Shown: positions 9,876 to 19,136 of the stretch, piece by piece | Layout of the letters: each line of letters starts with the position of its first letter | Position numbering within the stretch: position 1 is the first letter of the stretch | Source of the DNA: Polyangiaceae bacterium | Lineage (GTDB): Bacteria > Myxococcota_A > Polyangia > Polyangiales > Polyangiaceae | Reading direction: 5' to 3' | Length of the DNA: 64,000 nt | NCBI GenBank assembly: GCA_033763455.1 | Contig: JANRKO010000033.1 | Coordinates: 128,001 to 192,000 of the forward strand | Notes under the pieces: generated by a model | Told to the model about the DNA's origin: nothing | Database searches by the model: none | The model's input: only the letters and a program-made list of their open reading frames with translations | Position numbers and translations under genes: made by a program

Positions 9876-11033
9876 TTGACCCGGAACGTCCGATCAGTTG
9901 TGTTGCCAGTGGTGCTCGAGCGCTCCCTCAGCCAGGGGCACCCGTGGGTGTACCGCGAACATGTGCCGCCAGGCTTTCAGGCCGAGGCCGGAGCGTGGGT
10001 GCAGGTAACCTGTGGTGCATTTCAGGGATTTGGCTTGTGGGAGCCCACATCGGCCATCGCACTGCGCATCTATTCGCGGAAGGAGTGCCCGGATGCCGGC
10101 TTCTTCCAACGTACAGTAGCGCGCGCATGGGAGCACCGTGCCTCGGTACGCAGCAGCGAGACCGATGCCTTTCGCCTTCTGAACGGCGAAGGGGATGGAG
10201 TGCCCGGGATCATCGCTGATGTCTATGGGCCGTTCTGCGTGCTCGTTGCCTACTCTCCCGCGTGCGAAGAGCTCTTGCCTGAAGTGGCGCGCGCCATCGG
10301 GAAAGTCCATCGCTTCAAGGGCATCGTGGGCCGCAGCGCACAAGAGCCCGATCTGCGGGCGCTCGTGGGAGATCTGCCGCCCGACGCCTTCCCGGTTCGA
10401 GAGCACGGCTTAAAGCACCGTGTGCATCTGCATACAGCGCAGAAGACCGGGCTTTTCCTCGACCATCGCGAGAATCGCGTGTGGCTCGGTGAACGGGCGC
10501 GGGGGCGCTCCGTGCTCAACCTCTTTTCGTACACGGGTGCATTCAGCTTGCACGCCCTGAAGGGTGGCGCATCAACCGTCACGAGCGTGGATCAATCGGC
10601 GCCAGCTTGCGAAGCCGCACGCGAGAATTTTCTCCTCAACGGCTTCGACCCCGCAACAAGCCCTATTGTGGCCCAGGATGCCAACACATTCTTGACCGCC
10701 TGCAAGACCGAGTTTGACATTGTGGTGAGCGATCCGCCGAGCTTCGCCCGCGAGAAGAAGCAACGCGCTCTAGCCCTCCGTGCGTACACACGCCTGCACA
10801 CGCTCGCGCTTAGCCGAGTGAAGGCAGGTGGCCTATTTTGCGCTGCCAGCTGCACAGCGCAAGTAAGCGAAGATGCGTTTACAGAAACGCTCGCCGAAGC
10901 GGGCGCACATCTAAAGCTTGGCCTTCAGATCATTCATCGCGGCACCCAAGCCACCGACCACCCCTGGCAGGTGGGGCACCCGGAAGGCCGATACCTGAAG
11001 TTTCTGGCCTTGCGGGTCACCCGGCACGCTTGA
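9876..11033 (+). CDS. class I SAM-dependent rRNA methyltransferase, RlmI/RlmK family
   Basis: GHPWVY PUA-like N-terminus, GEGDGVPG, QKTGLFLDHRENR, VLNLFSYTG, DPPSF, DHP....PEGRYLK. Confidence 0.9.
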   Translation: MTRNVRSVVLPVVLERSLSQGHPWVYREHVPPGFQAEAGAWVQVTCGAFQGFGLWEPTSAIALRIYSRKECPDAGFFQRTVARAWEHRASVRSSETDAFRLLNGEGDGVPGIIADVYGPFCVLVAYSPACEELLPEVARAIGKVHRFKGIVGRSAQEPDLRALVGDLPPDAFPVREHGLKHRVHLHTAQKTGLFLDHRENRVWLGERARGRSVLNLFSYTGAFSLHALKGGASTVTSVDQSAPACEAARENFLLNGFDPATSPIVAQDANTFLTACKTEFDIVVSDPPSFAREKKQRALALRAYTRLHTLALSRVKAGGLFCAASCTAQVSEDAFTETLAEAGAHLKLGLQIIHRGTQATDHPWQVGHPEGRYLKFLALRVTRHA

Positions 11034-11093
11034 GCGCACCACGCGAAAGCCCTACGCGTCACCCAGCACGCTTGAGCGCACCACGCGAAAGCC
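11016..11093. repeat. 36-bp direct repeat (1 mismatch, 42-bp period) at a convergent gene junction
   Basis: gtcacccggcacgcttgagcgcaccacgcgaaagcc (11016-11051) vs gtcacccagcacgcttgagcgcaccacgcgaaagcc (11058-11093). Confidence 0.92.
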
Positions 11094-12681
11094 GTTCCAA
11101 CCGCCCGGGATTGGTGAGGTAGTCGCCGTAGGTCATGCCAAGATCGTAGTACTCTTCGGGGCCAAGCTCCAAGACGCGCGTGGCCAAGGAATCCATGAAC
11201 TGTACGTCGTGCGAAGTGAACAACATGGTGCCATCTAACTTTATCAGCCCATTATTCAGGGCCGTGATGGACTCAAGATCCAGGTGGTTCGTGGGGCCGT
11301 CGAACATCAAGAGATTCGGATCTTGCAGCATCATGCGCGACAACATACAGCGCACTTTTTCGCCGCCGGAAAGCACCCGAGCGCTCTTCTTTACGTCATC
11401 GCCGCTGAACAGCATGCGCCCAAGAAAGCCGCGCACGAAGCTTTCCTCTTGCTCTTTGGTATATTGCTTCAACCAGTTGATAAGATTGAGATCGGTATCG
11501 AAATATTTGGCGTTGTCCTTGGGGAAGTAGCCCACATTCACGGTGCGACCCCAGGTGACCTCGCCGGCGTCCGGTTGCATCTCTCCGCCCAAGATCTCGA
11601 ACAGTGCCGTCACCGCGCGATCGTCCCCGACGATCGCCACCCGATCACCCTTACCTACGCTCAAGCGCAGGTTCTTAAAAAGGAGTTGGCCATCAATGGT
11701 TTTGGTTAGCCCATTGATCGACAGCACTTCGCGGCCCAACTCTTTGGTAGGCTTAAACTCAATGTAGGGATACTTGCGCGAAGAAGGACGAATATCATCC
11801 AGCTCGATCTTCTCCAGCTGCGCACGACGCGAGGTGGCCTGGCTCGATTTCGACGCATTGGCACTGAAGCGCTGAATGAAGGCCTTAAGCTCCTTCATCT
11901 TATCTTCCTTCTTGCGATTAGATTCCTGGCGCTGCTTCAATGCGAGCTGGCTGCTTTCGTACCAAAAACTGTAATTCCCTGTGTAAATCTGGATCTTCTG
12001 GAAATCCACATCGGCCACGTGGCTACAAACGCGATCAAGGAAGTGGCGATCATGCGAGACCACGATCACTGTGTTCTTGAAGTTCGCTAAGAAATCTTCC
12101 AACCACAGAATGGAATCGACGTCTAAGTGATTCGTTGGCTCATCTAAAAGCAAGATATCTGGGTTACCGAACAGAGCTTGGGCCAAAAGCACGCGTACTT
12201 TTTCGTCATCTGCCAGCTCCTTCACGAGCTTGTTTTGTCGATCGGGGCCGATCCCCAAAGAGCCCAACAATTGAGCAGCATTGGCCTCCGCATTCCAACC
12301 ATCCAGATCGGAAAAGTCGCTCTCCAGAACTGCCGCTTTGATCCCGTCTTCATCATTGAAGTCGGGCTTGGCGTAAATGGCGTCCTTCTCCTTCATGATT
12401 TGGTAGAGGCGCTCGTGTCCGCGAATCACCGTTTCCAGCGCCGGGGTTTCGTCGAAGGCGAAGTGATTTTGCCGCAACGTACTGAGCCGTAGGCCAGCCG
12501 GCACGGTCACCGAGCCCGAGGTCGGCTCCTGTTCGCCGGAGAGGCAGCGCAGAAAGGTGGATTTACCCGCCCCATTGGCGCCGATGAGCCCATAGCAATT
12601 CCCCGGGAGGAACCGGATATCTACATTCTCGAATAGGGTTTTACCCCCGAAACTCAGGGTCAGTTGTTCGGTCGAAATCAT
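11059..12681 (-). CDS. ABC-F family ribosome-associated ATPase (YbiT-like)
   Basis: GANGAGKST, LLDEPTNHLD, VVSHDRHFL, inter-ABC linker (FIQRFSANASKSSQATSR), LSGGE; no TM segments. Confidence 0.92.
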   Translation of the reverse strand: MISTEQLTLSFGGKTLFENVDIRFLPGNCYGLIGANGAGKSTFLRCLSGEQEPTSGSVTVPAGLRLSTLRQNHFAFDETPALETVIRGHERLYQIMKEKDAIYAKPDFNDEDGIKAAVLESDFSDLDGWNAEANAAQLLGSLGIGPDRQNKLVKELADDEKVRVLLAQALFGNPDILLLDEPTNHLDVDSILWLEDFLANFKNTVIVVSHDRHFLDRVCSHVADVDFQKIQIYTGNYSFWYESSQLALKQRQESNRKKEDKMKELKAFIQRFSANASKSSQATSRRAQLEKIELDDIRPSSRKYPYIEFKPTKELGREVLSINGLTKTIDGQLLFKNLRLSVGKGDRVAIVGDDRAVTALFEILGGEMQPDAGEVTWGRTVNVGYFPKDNAKYFDTDLNLINWLKQYTKEQEESFVRGFLGRMLFSGDDVKKSARVLSGGEKVRCMLSRMMLQDPNLLMFDGPTNHLDLESITALNNGLIKLDGTMLFTSHDVQFMDSLATRVLELGPEEYYDLGMTYGDYLTNPGRLERLSRGALKRAG

Positions 12682-12801
12682 AGCAAAAAGGGGCCGCTTA
12701 CGGCGGGGCTCCTGTAGCCCCTCTTCGGCCCACGGGCAAGCGCGGGTCTATTCGAGCGAAGCTTTCGACCGAACGTGAAAGGCGCCGAACTCCAGACTGC
12801 C

Positions 12802-14106
12802 TTACGCGGAAAGGTCATTAATGCTGTAGAGCACGCGCCCGCCAGCCTTGAATGACCTGCAAGATTGGCAGGCAGCCAACTGCTGCAACAGCCGATGCGC
12901 TGTGCGACGCGGAATGCCGAGCACTTTTGAAGCCTGTTGAGCGCTGGCGCGCCCGAAGGTTCCAATTACGCGCAGCAAGCGCTGTTGAACATCCACCGCA
13001 GTGCGACCATCCGGAATCACAAAGGGTGACAACACGTGAAGCGCTAGCCGAGTGCTCCCAACACGCTCAAGCTCAGCCACCCCGGCCAGGCGGGCACGCA
13101 TCCTGTGAACCAATACGTCCAACATTCCCTGATGGCGTTTGGGAACGTAGGAAATCCCGTACATGGTTCGCACAAACTCAGCGTAGGAGATGCCCTCTTC
13201 CCCGCACAGAGCGAGCACCGCAAGCGCTGATTCCGTGCGGGTGCCGCCGGTTCCCGCTTCGTCCGGACCCGCGAGGTTGCGCGCGGTTTGGTTCAAACGT
13301 ACACCGGCCGCGAGAAAACGAACCGCGCGTTTTCCTGGAACCACGAGCACATAGCCCTCGGCATCCGTCTCAGTCTTCTCGCCCGAAATAGACTGAAGCC
13401 CAAATGGAACCTCGGCGTTGGTGCCAGCTCGCCACGCCAACACACCTGCCTCGGACGTTGCAAGTTCGGGATCGATCAACGCGGCTAATGCCTCCATTTC
13501 CCGACGAGGTGCACTCCATTCGAGCTCTACCCGTCGTGCGCGCGCCAGCGCCAACTGAAACTGCGGCCGTTCACCCTGCTTTGCGGCCTCCAACATCTCG
13601 CTAGACGCCGACACTAGGTCCGCAAAGGCCGTGGCTCCGGTGGCCACCGCTTCACTCGAAACGCTTGGAGCGCCCGCCAATAGGCACTCCCACGCTCTCC
13701 ACGCTTGCAGCTCAGAAGGCACCGGGGCGGCTACTTGGGAGAGTGCATTGAGCGCTAGATGAGAACGCCCTGAGAGGCGGTACAGGCGTACAAGACAAAT
13801 ACCAACCAGAGCACGCGTACTTGGGGAAAGCTCCGAAGCACGTCGAGTGAGTCTGCGGCTCAGCTCGGTCGCATCAGCGAACCGCGCCGCAGGAGTGCCG
13901 TCCGCCTCGACGGCACGAAGGGCCCCAAGAGCAAGCTCGTCGTCCGAGCCAGCCGGAGCTGCCTCCAGAGAAAGGGTACGGCCACTTAGCAGGGCGTGTA
14001 CCCAGCGCACGGTAGGAGACTCCAGAGGTACTGGGCTGGCTGGTGGGGCCCAGGAAGCCTGGACCGGGCGCTCGCGCGAACCGAGCTGATGAGTGTGTTC
14101 TGACAA
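12802..14106 (-). CDS. hypothetical protein with C-terminal winged-helix/HTH domains (putative regulator)
   Basis: LDVLVHRMRARL resembles the OmpR-type wHTH recognition helix; ASAQQASKVLGIPRRTAHRLLQQL is a second HTH; helical N-terminus. Confidence 0.6.
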   Translation of the reverse strand: MSEHTHQLGSRERPVQASWAPPASPVPLESPTVRWVHALLSGRTLSLEAAPAGSDDELALGALRAVEADGTPAARFADATELSRRLTRRASELSPSTRALVGICLVRLYRLSGRSHLALNALSQVAAPVPSELQAWRAWECLLAGAPSVSSEAVATGATAFADLVSASSEMLEAAKQGERPQFQLALARARRVELEWSAPRREMEALAALIDPELATSEAGVLAWRAGTNAEVPFGLQSISGEKTETDAEGYVLVVPGKRAVRFLAAGVRLNQTARNLAGPDEAGTGGTRTESALAVLALCGEEGISYAEFVRTMYGISYVPKRHQGMLDVLVHRMRARLAGVAELERVGSTRLALHVLSPFVIPDGRTAVDVQQRLLRVIGTFGRASAQQASKVLGIPRRTAHRLLQQLAACQSCRSFKAGGRVLYSINDLSA

Positions 14107-14321
14107 AGCTTACTAGTGTGTCCCGGCCCGTGATACTGGACCTGTCTTAAATGGCCAACCGCTCCAGAATCGTGGGCCGGGGGGTGCGAAGGTAGGTCGG
14201 AGTCTGCCTAAGCACTGGCGCGAAGATCGACAAAACGGCGGACAATCGCCCGAAGATTCTGCAGATTGCGCCGAGGTAGCGGTTTCCCCCGTATAGAATT
14301 GGCCCCTCCCGATCACCTCCC

Positions 14322-15131
14322 ATGTCCTCTTCGGCCTCCATCCGCCCCCTACGAGTGACGCACGTTGGGCCCAACGCCACAGCTGACGCAGAGGACCAGG
14401 TGGCGGTGGAAGCTCCCCTCCAGATCCGCGTATGTGACACTGAAGTGCACACCGTTTCGCTCACCATGCGCACCCCGGGAGATGATGCCGACCTAGCCGT
14501 AGGTTTCCTGTTTACCGAAGGCATTTTACGGCACCGTCACGATGCAGCAAACGTGCACCTCGCTGACAACGTCGCCGAAATTACTCTTCGTAAAGGTCTG
14601 AAGCTCGACCTCAAACGTCAGGAACGCCACTCCTACACCTCTTCGAGTTGCGGTGTTTGCGGTAAGACGTCGCTTGAGGCGCTCCGCATGGATGCCCCAC
14701 CCGGGCAACGGGATACGCTGCAGGTTTCCACGCGTTTTCTTTCGGGGCTTTCACTCGCTGCGCGGGAACGCCAAGCTGGCTTTCTGGCAACGGGCGGCCT
14801 GCACGCGTCGGCATTGTTTGGTATCAACGGCGATCACCTGCTGATTCGTGAGGACGTTGGGCGCCATAACGCACTCGACAAACTCATCGGCGCGGCCTTT
14901 CTCGCAGAACTTCTGCCCCTTTCCAGCCATGTCTTGTGGCTGAGTGGGCGCATCAGCTTCGAGCTGGTGCAGAAGGCGGCTATGGCGGGCATCCACATCA
15001 TCGTCGCGGTGGGCGCTCCCTCGACCTTGGCGGTCGACCTAGCTGTTGAGCACAACATGACGCTCATCGGCTTCCTGCGCGAAGAACGGTTCAACATCTA
15101 TTGTGGTGCAGCGCGCATACGCACGGAATGA
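14322..15131 (+). CDS. fdhD: formate dehydrogenase accessory sulfurtransferase
   Basis: EAPLQI, TMRTPG, GFLFTEG, SSCGVCGK, TGGLHA, REDVGRHNALDKLIG, SGRISFELVQKA. Confidence 0.96.
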   Translation: MSSSASIRPLRVTHVGPNATADAEDQVAVEAPLQIRVCDTEVHTVSLTMRTPGDDADLAVGFLFTEGILRHRHDAANVHLADNVAEITLRKGLKLDLKRQERHSYTSSSCGVCGKTSLEALRMDAPPGQRDTLQVSTRFLSGLSLAARERQAGFLATGGLHASALFGINGDHLLIREDVGRHNALDKLIGAAFLAELLPLSSHVLWLSGRISFELVQKAAMAGIHIIVAVGAPSTLAVDLAVEHNMTLIGFLREERFNIYCGAARIRTE

Positions 15132-17473
15132 TCCACCGCTCTTCCACGCAAAAGCCTGCAATGACTCGCCTCACACCCGATCCCAATCCGCTCAACCCCG
15201 AAGTGGTTGGCCCCGTAAAGGCTTCGGCACCACCCAAGAGTGCTGCCGGCACGACGGCCGTTCTGTCGAGCGTAGGTCACGTGGTGGGAGCTATGAGTGT
15301 GGTTCGAGGTGTGAAGGTGCTACGCACACTCAACCAAAAAACGGGGTTTGATTGCCCGGGGTGCGCGTGGCCTGATCCCGACGGCGCTCGCTCGCGCTTA
15401 GGCGAGTTTTGCGAGAATGGGGTGAAGGCGATAGCAGAGGAGGCCACCGAAAAACGCATCGGTGAGCGCTTTTTTCGTGAGCATTCGGTGCACGCACTTG
15501 CCGAGCTTGACGACTACCAGATCGGCAAACAAGGCCGAATCGTTGAGCCCATGTATCTGCCGCCGAATGGCACTCACTACGAGCCTATAACTTGGGATGC
15601 AGCGTTCGAAAAGATCGGCACACACCTAAATAGCCTGGCGTCGCCGGATGAAGCCGTGTTCTATACTTCCGGCCGAACGAGTAACGAAGCAGCGTTCTTG
15701 TATCAGCTCTTCGTTCGTGAATTTGGCACCAACAACCTGCCAGATTGTTCCAACATGTGCCACGAATCGAGCGGTGTTGCGCTCAAGGAAACACTCGGCA
15801 CGGGCAAAGGCACGGTTACCCTTGAGGACTTTGACCACGCCGAGGTCATTCTGATCTTGGGTCAGAACCCAGGCACCAATCACCCGCGCATGCTCACCGC
15901 GCTTGAACGAGCCAAAGAGCGGGGCGCTACGATCATCTCAGTGAATCCGTTGCGCGAAGTCGGCCTGATGCGTTTCTCGAACCCACAGACCATGAAGGGT
16001 GCTCTCGGTCTGAGTACTGAGCTCACCGACATCTTCCTCCCGGTCAAAATCAACGGAGATTTAGCGCTCATCTTAGCAATCGAGGCGCTTTTGCTAGAAG
16101 CCGATGAAGCGCAGGGTGGCCAAGTGTTCGATCACGAGTTCATCTCCGCCCATACCTCGGGCTACGCCGAATTCGTAAGGCACCTAAAAGGGCAGAAGCC
16201 TTTCGAGCTCTCGAAAAGCGCTGGCGTATCGTTGGAACTGATCCGGCAGACGGCAAGCGTGTTGACCGCCAAACACAGGATTATTGCGTGTTGGGCGATG
16301 GGGCTCACCCAACACAAAAATTCCGTAGCCACCATTCAAGAAGTGGTCAATCTGCTTTTACTGAAAGGGAGCCTGGGAAAGCCTGGAGCGGGTGTGTGCC
16401 CTGTGCGCGGACACAGCAATGTGCAGGGTGATCGCACCATGGGCATTGATGAGGCTCCGTCGGCTGCTTTTCTCGATAAGCTTGAATCCGTGTTTCAATT
16501 CAAGGTTCCACGGCGCCCAGGGCTCGATGTGGTGAACAGCATTCAGGCCATGCACACGGGCCAGGCGAAAATCTTCTTCGCAATGGGTGGCAATTTCCTC
16601 TCTGCCACTCCCGACACGCTCTTTACCGCCGAAGCGCTCCGGCGTTGCCAATTAACTGTGCAGGTGTCCACCAAGCTCAACCGGAGCCACCTCGTTCACG
16701 GCCGAGAAGCGCTCATTTTGCCCTGCTTGGGCCGAACAGAGCGAGACCTTCAGAATGGGGAAGAGCAGTTTGTTTCGTGTGAGAATTCGATGAGTGTGGT
16801 GCAAATGTCCCAAGGCAATCTGAACCCCGCATCCACGCAGCTTCTCAGCGAGCCTGCAATTGTGTGCCGGCTAGCGCAGGCCACCTTAGGTACACGTTCA
16901 AAGCAAGACTGGGCGGGTTACGCCCGAAGCTATGACGCCATCCGTGAGGCCATCGCCGCCACAATCCCAGGGTTCGACCGCTACAACGAACGCGTCCGAA
17001 TTCCGGGCGGGTTCTACCTTACCAACGCTGCACGCGAACTGAAATTTAGCTCTGCGTCGGGTCGAGCGCAGTTCACATGTTCACCCGTAACCGAGCTTAA
17101 GCTCGCGGAAGGGGAGCTCTTGATGATGACCATTCGCAGCCACGACCAATTCAATACCACCATCTACGGGCTGGACGATCGCTACCGTGGCATCAAGAAC
17201 GGGCGGCGAGTAATCTTCATGAACACGAGAGATATTGCCGCGGCTCACCTAAACTCTGGGGACACCGTAGATCTTCATAACCACCACGGCGGGAAACATC
17301 GGGTCGCCAGGAACTTCATGGTGGTGGCTTTCGACATCCCAGAGCGCTGCGTCGCGACGTATTTTCCTGAAACGAACGTACTTGTGCCCCTCGAAAGCAC
17401 TGCCGACAAGAGCAACACACCGACCTCGAAAACGGTCGTAATCAGCATTACCCCCACATCAGGTCCCAGCTAA
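15128..17473 (+). CDS. FdhF/YdeP family molybdopterin oxidoreductase
   Basis: GFDCPGCAWPD, FCENGVKA, YTSGRTSNEAAFLYQL, NNLPDCSNMCHE, VRGHSNVQGDRTMG, RSHDQFNTTIYG; ATGA overlap with the fdhD stop. Confidence 0.94.
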   Translation: MIHRSSTQKPAMTRLTPDPNPLNPEVVGPVKASAPPKSAAGTTAVLSSVGHVVGAMSVVRGVKVLRTLNQKTGFDCPGCAWPDPDGARSRLGEFCENGVKAIAEEATEKRIGERFFREHSVHALAELDDYQIGKQGRIVEPMYLPPNGTHYEPITWDAAFEKIGTHLNSLASPDEAVFYTSGRTSNEAAFLYQLFVREFGTNNLPDCSNMCHESSGVALKETLGTGKGTVTLEDFDHAEVILILGQNPGTNHPRMLTALERAKERGATIISVNPLREVGLMRFSNPQTMKGALGLSTELTDIFLPVKINGDLALILAIEALLLEADEAQGGQVFDHEFISAHTSGYAEFVRHLKGQKPFELSKSAGVSLELIRQTASVLTAKHRIIACWAMGLTQHKNSVATIQEVVNLLLLKGSLGKPGAGVCPVRGHSNVQGDRTMGIDEAPSAAFLDKLESVFQFKVPRRPGLDVVNSIQAMHTGQAKIFFAMGGNFLSATPDTLFTAEALRRCQLTVQVSTKLNRSHLVHGREALILPCLGRTERDLQNGEEQFVSCENSMSVVQMSQGNLNPASTQLLSEPAIVCRLAQATLGTRSKQDWAGYARSYDAIREAIAATIPGFDRYNERVRIPGGFYLTNAARELKFSSASGRAQFTCSPVTELKLAEGELLMMTIRSHDQFNTTIYGLDDRYRGIKNGRRVIFMNTRDIAAAHLNSGDTVDLHNHHGGKHRVARNFMVVAFDIPERCVATYFPETNVLVPLESTADKSNTPTSKTVVISITPTSGPS

Positions 17474-18027
17474 GGCGCTGGAAACAACCGAACGCTGGCG
17501 ATGATCTCCTTGGGGAGCGCGGGGCTTGACCAGGCGTAACTGATGCTCGCCGTGCCAGCTAAGTTGGATAGCCGTGCCTCAATCCGATGGCGTCCCTTTG
17601 TTAACGTCGCGGTGGTGGAACTCCCTTCACCGGTCTCTCCGAACAGCACATTGCCCCCAATTGAGAGCGGGCAGGTGTCGTCGCATGACGCCAGGATCGT
17701 ATACGTGTCGTCAAAAGGGACCTCCACTTCACCAGTCCAACGCGCTGAAAACGTCTCGCCCAGGCCAAGCACCGGCATGCCAAGGGCCCAAGTCAGGTTC
17801 AGTAGCGGGTCCACACGTACGGCAACAGGGGTGCCCGTCCAATCCAACGACGCAAAGTACTCGCCCTTGAGCCCATGAATGGGAGCCGCGGGAGGGGTGG
17901 TGTTCGTGGCAGTCGGTGCAGCCATCTCCGGTGGAAATTCGCCGATGGAGGCGTGCTCACTACACCCAGAAACGAGCGAAGCCATGAGCGCGAGATTCAG
18001 AGAAAAACGGGTCATATCCTTGTTCAC
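17470..18027 (-). CDS. PA14-domain lipoprotein
   Basis: Lipobox VSG-C; GLKGEYF, RVDP.LN..W, FSARWTG.V..P....YT, SCDD, C-terminal I....L typical of PA14. Confidence 0.8.
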   Translation of the reverse strand: MNKDMTRFSLNLALMASLVSGCSEHASIGEFPPEMAAPTATNTTPPAAPIHGLKGEYFASLDWTGTPVAVRVDPLLNLTWALGMPVLGLGETFSARWTGEVEVPFDDTYTILASCDDTCPLSIGGNVLFGETGEGSSTTATLTKGRHRIEARLSNLAGTASISYAWSSPALPKEIIASVRLFPAP

Positions 18028-19103
18028 CTCAGGATGGCCGTAACGCCAAGCGACGCTGAGACTCCAAACGCCGGAAACATCTGGCTTGCACCAAGCGATC
18101 CATCGGCCGAGGCAACTTCCAGCACCGGGCGCGTCAAAGCCACGGAGCCTCCACCATCCGCGTGTAGCGCGAGATACGAGCCAACCGGCATTTCGAGCAG
18201 TAATCGAGCCTGAAAGACCGACCAGAAGAAAGTCACACTCTTCGCACGCACAAGACCGAGCCCTGCCACTTGGGCCGAGCCAAACAAGAACCCTGTAGCT
18301 GCTCCGGCGCCCAGTGGGCCCAAGTCCCAGCTTTTCTCGAGATCCGCTCGCCCCGCAAAGACAGCACCACTAGCGGCTGCCTTCCCCACAGCAAACCTAT
18401 TGGGCGCCGTCGCCACAAACCCAAGCCCCGGCGATAGGCCTCGCTCAAGGCGAACGCGCGCAGTTATCTCAGCTCCCAGTGCGGCACCAGGTAAAAGATT
18501 GTGCGTGGAGAATACGGCAGCGGTTAGCGACCCTTTGCGCTCCGCCCTGCGCGCCGAAGGGCCCGCATCCTTCGGCGCGTTCGCTGATGGTTGCAAGGGC
18601 GCACCCACGCGCCCGGCTCTGCCCGGGTTTGGCGGCACCGACGCAGTTGGCTTGGATGGGCCCTGTGCAGTTGGCTTCGATGAACCATCGGACGGGGCAT
18701 CTCCAGCGACGGCGCGTTCACTCACACTCGCGTCGATGGAAACAGCGATCGAAAAGCTCAGAACATCCAGCACGGATTCGCAGTTGGCAGTGAGCGATCC
18801 AAAACGCCTCACCGCAACCATCTCGCCGTCGGAAAACACTACAAACGACAGCATTCGCCCCTTAGGGCTCTCGCCTCCTTCAACCACGATGGAAAGGCGC
18901 CGGTCAACGCTATCGGTGCGCAACCAGCGTTGAACACGCGCCGCCACTTCGGAAGCCTGCACACAATCGCCCTCGTAGCGAACAGTGAGAGCTGACGCCA
19001 CGGTTCTGGCCGGCAGCTCCGCGGTATCCTCAGCGTGAGCCTGACGCACGAAGCCAAGCTCAGCTACCACAGCAAGCCACAGATAACGTTCCAACCAATT
19101 CAT
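18024..19103 (-). CDS. hypothetical exported protein, possible outer-membrane beta-barrel C-terminus
   Basis: Signal peptide, small Cys-pair N-domain, Pro-rich linker, alternating beta-strand C-terminal half; in operon with FecR and ECF genes. Confidence 0.6.
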   Translation of the reverse strand: MNWLERYLWLAVVAELGFVRQAHAEDTAELPARTVASALTVRYEGDCVQASEVAARVQRWLRTDSVDRRLSIVVEGGESPKGRMLSFVVFSDGEMVAVRRFGSLTANCESVLDVLSFSIAVSIDASVSERAVAGDAPSDGSSKPTAQGPSKPTASVPPNPGRAGRVGAPLQPSANAPKDAGPSARRAERKGSLTAAVFSTHNLLPGAALGAEITARVRLERGLSPGLGFVATAPNRFAVGKAAASGAVFAGRADLEKSWDLGPLGAGAATGFLFGSAQVAGLGLVRAKSVTFFWSVFQARLLLEMPVGSYLALHADGGGSVALTRPVLEVASADGSLGASQMFPAFGVSASLGVTAILR

Positions 19104-19136
19104 AGGGCCGCAGGGATCGCGACCGGCAGGGTGAAG

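Noticed and set aside
7524..11093. The two direct-repeat pairs as attL/attR of a mobile element spanning 7.5-11 kb
   Set aside because: The two pairs are unrelated in sequence, each pair is locally tandem, and no integrase or transposase is present
15128..17473. Selenocysteine-containing formate dehydrogenase
   Set aside because: The ORF is uninterrupted with Cys in the CSNMCHE motif; no in-frame TGA
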